This document shows positions 62,601 through 64,000 of a stretch of DNA of 64,000 bases, in pieces. A program made the position numbers and the translations under genes. The first letter of the stretch is position 1. Each line of letters starts with the position of its first letter. A model generated the notes under the pieces. The model was not told the DNA's origin. It saw only the letters and a list, made by a program, of their open reading frames with translations, and searched no databases. Source of the stretch: Candidatus Nanopelagicus sp. (GTDB lineage Bacteria > Actinomycetota > Actinomycetes > Nanopelagicales > Nanopelagicaceae); the NCBI GenBank assembly GCA_044353095.1, contig JBILCN010000001.1:11484-75483 (forward strand). Direction: 5' to 3'.

Positions 62601-62615
62601 CTTAAATACCGCATC

Positions 62616-63329
62616 CTAAATTCCTAAATAAGCAGCGCGCACTGCCGGGTCATTGAGCAAAGTTTGCGCATGATCAACTGCAACAACTGTTCCTAAATTT
62701 AAAACTACGCCGATATCGGCAATCTTTAATGCACCCATTGCATTTTGTTCTACTAGAACTACCGTTAAATCCATTTTTGCAGTCAGTGTTTTTATTGTCT
62801 GAAAAATTTGTTCCACAATTAATGGCGCTAACCCCAAAGATGGCTCATCAAGTAATAGTAATTTTGGCCTGGCAATAAGTGCGCGACCAATAGCCAACAT
62901 TTGTCGCTCACCACCAGATAAAGAGCCAGCATTTTGTTTTATACGTTCACCTAAGATTGGGAAAAGTTCAATTACCTCTGCCGTTGCCGCGGCAACATCT
63001 TTTTTATCTTTTCGCCATAATCCGGCGAGCGCTAAATTATCTTTGACTGATAACTCAGTGATTACTGATTTTCCATCTGAAACATGCATGATGCCACTGC
63101 GGGCTAAATTCTCTGGCCGAGTATTTAAAATTGATTTGCCATTCCAACTAGCGCTGCCGTTTTTAACCTCTTTCAAGCCAGATAATGCACGAAGCAAAGT
63201 AGTTTTACCGGCACCATTTGAACCAATAATCGCAGTGAGCTTTCCTCTTGGAACAAGAAAAGAAAGGTTGTTGATTGCGCGGATTGCGCCATGATCAACC
63301 GTTAGATTGTTAACAATTAAGCCGTTCAA
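62616..63329 (-). CDS. Liv-type ABC ATPase (LivF-like)
   Basis: GSNGAGKTT, LSGGERQMLAIGRAL, LLDEPSLGLAP, VEQNA. Confidence 0.9.
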   Translation of the reverse strand: MNGLIVNNLTVDHGAIRAINNLSFLVPRGKLTAIIGSNGAGKTTLLRALSGLKEVKNGSASWNGKSILNTRPENLARSGIMHVSDGKSVITELSVKDNLALAGLWRKDKKDVAAATAEVIELFPILGERIKQNAGSLSGGERQMLAIGRALIARPKLLLLDEPSLGLAPLIVEQIFQTIKTLTAKMDLTVVLVEQNAMGALKIADIGVVLNLGTVVAVDHAQTLLNDPAVRAAYLGI

Positions 63330-64000
63330 TTGTTTACTCCAAGGTAGGCAGCGATAACCGCTGGATCATTACGAACGCTTGCAACCTGGCCACTTGAAAT
63401 TACCTCGCCAAAATTTAAAACATACAACCTGGAACAAACTGACATCACAACATCCATATGGTGCTCTACAAGAAGGACTGAACAGCTAGAGGCCAAGTTA
63501 TGAATCAGGCTATTCATCCACTCAATATCTTGCGCACCCAACCCACCTGCCGGCTCATCCAGTAGAAGAATCTTTGGTTCACTGACCAGAGCGCGAGCAA
63601 TTGCAACCCGCTTAGTGACTGGGTAAGGAAGGGAGTCGGCTCTGCGATCTGCAATTCCTGATGCATAAACTCGTTCAAGTGCAACCATTGCCCGCTCACG
63701 TAAGCGTTTTTCATCTCGCCCACTTAAACCAAGAGCGCTACTAATCAAGCCACCTTTTGCAAATTTTGTCGCACCAATCATTACATTCTCAAGAACTGTT
63801 AACTCTGGAAATAAACCCACACCTTGTAATGTTCTGGCAATTCCTAAATCAATTAACTCGTGGGGTTTTGGCCACTTATGGCTCTTGCCATTTATTTCTA
63901 ATTCACCAGAATCAACACCAACAACTCCACTAAGGGCATTAAACAAAGTTGTTTTGCCCGCACCGTTTGGTCCTATTAATCCGACTACCTCATTAGTGTG
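63326..64000 (-). CDS. Liv-type ABC ATPase (LivG-like), 5'-truncated by the window edge
   Basis: The frame is open to the window end and contains GLIGPNGAGKTTLFN upstream of the ORF-track start; LLDEPAGG, VEHHM, V..AYLG. Confidence 0.9.
   Translation of the reverse strand, partial: HTNEVVGLIGPNGAGKTTLFNALSGVVGVDSGELEINGKSHKWPKPHELIDLGIARTLQGVGLFPELTVLENVMIGATKFAKGGLISSALGLSGRDEKRLRERAMVALERVYASGIADRRADSLPYPVTKRVAIARALVSEPKILLLDEPAGGLGAQDIEWMNSLIHNLASSCSVLLVEHHMDVVMSVCSRLYVLNFGEVISSGQVASVRNDPAVIAAYLGVNN

Overview
This is a gene-dense, low-GC (roughly 40% by eye) chromosomal segment of a streamlined actinobacterium. Gene content and order (whiB, mshB, DUF3117, DUF3107, GuaB3, His-tailed GroEL1, msiK) point to the freshwater acI lineage (Ca. 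Nanopelagicales); this is inference. About 62 CDSs are present, mostly core housekeeping: cell-envelope glycosyltransferases/LCP/ugd, dapC/dapD, cysS, trpS, mshB, tatB/htrA/mrp, a nucleoside ABC uptake and salvage cluster, msiK with its cis-regulatory RNA, icd/mdh/folD/sucCD, pcrA, groES-groEL with a CIRCE operator, tsaE/tsaB-rimI/tsaD, and a Liv-type ABC importer coupled to a secreted alpha/beta hydrolase. I found no tRNA, rRNA, CRISPR array, IS element or prophage gene. The most notable observations are: (i) an intact but catalytically gutted PurK homolog, with purE, purN/purH and guaB/guaA absent from their usual loci; (ii) an uncharacterised ABC importer plus secreted esterase module; (iii) solute-binding proteins that all lack a lipobox; (iv) stand-alone relic domains (sigma region 4 only, SH3-like only, ParA without its signature Lys); (v) fdxA and dapC in one frame with no canonical dapC start; (vi) a TsaB-RimI fusion; (vii) pervasive leaderless gene starts. 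All family assignments come from motif recognition by eye; no database search was run.
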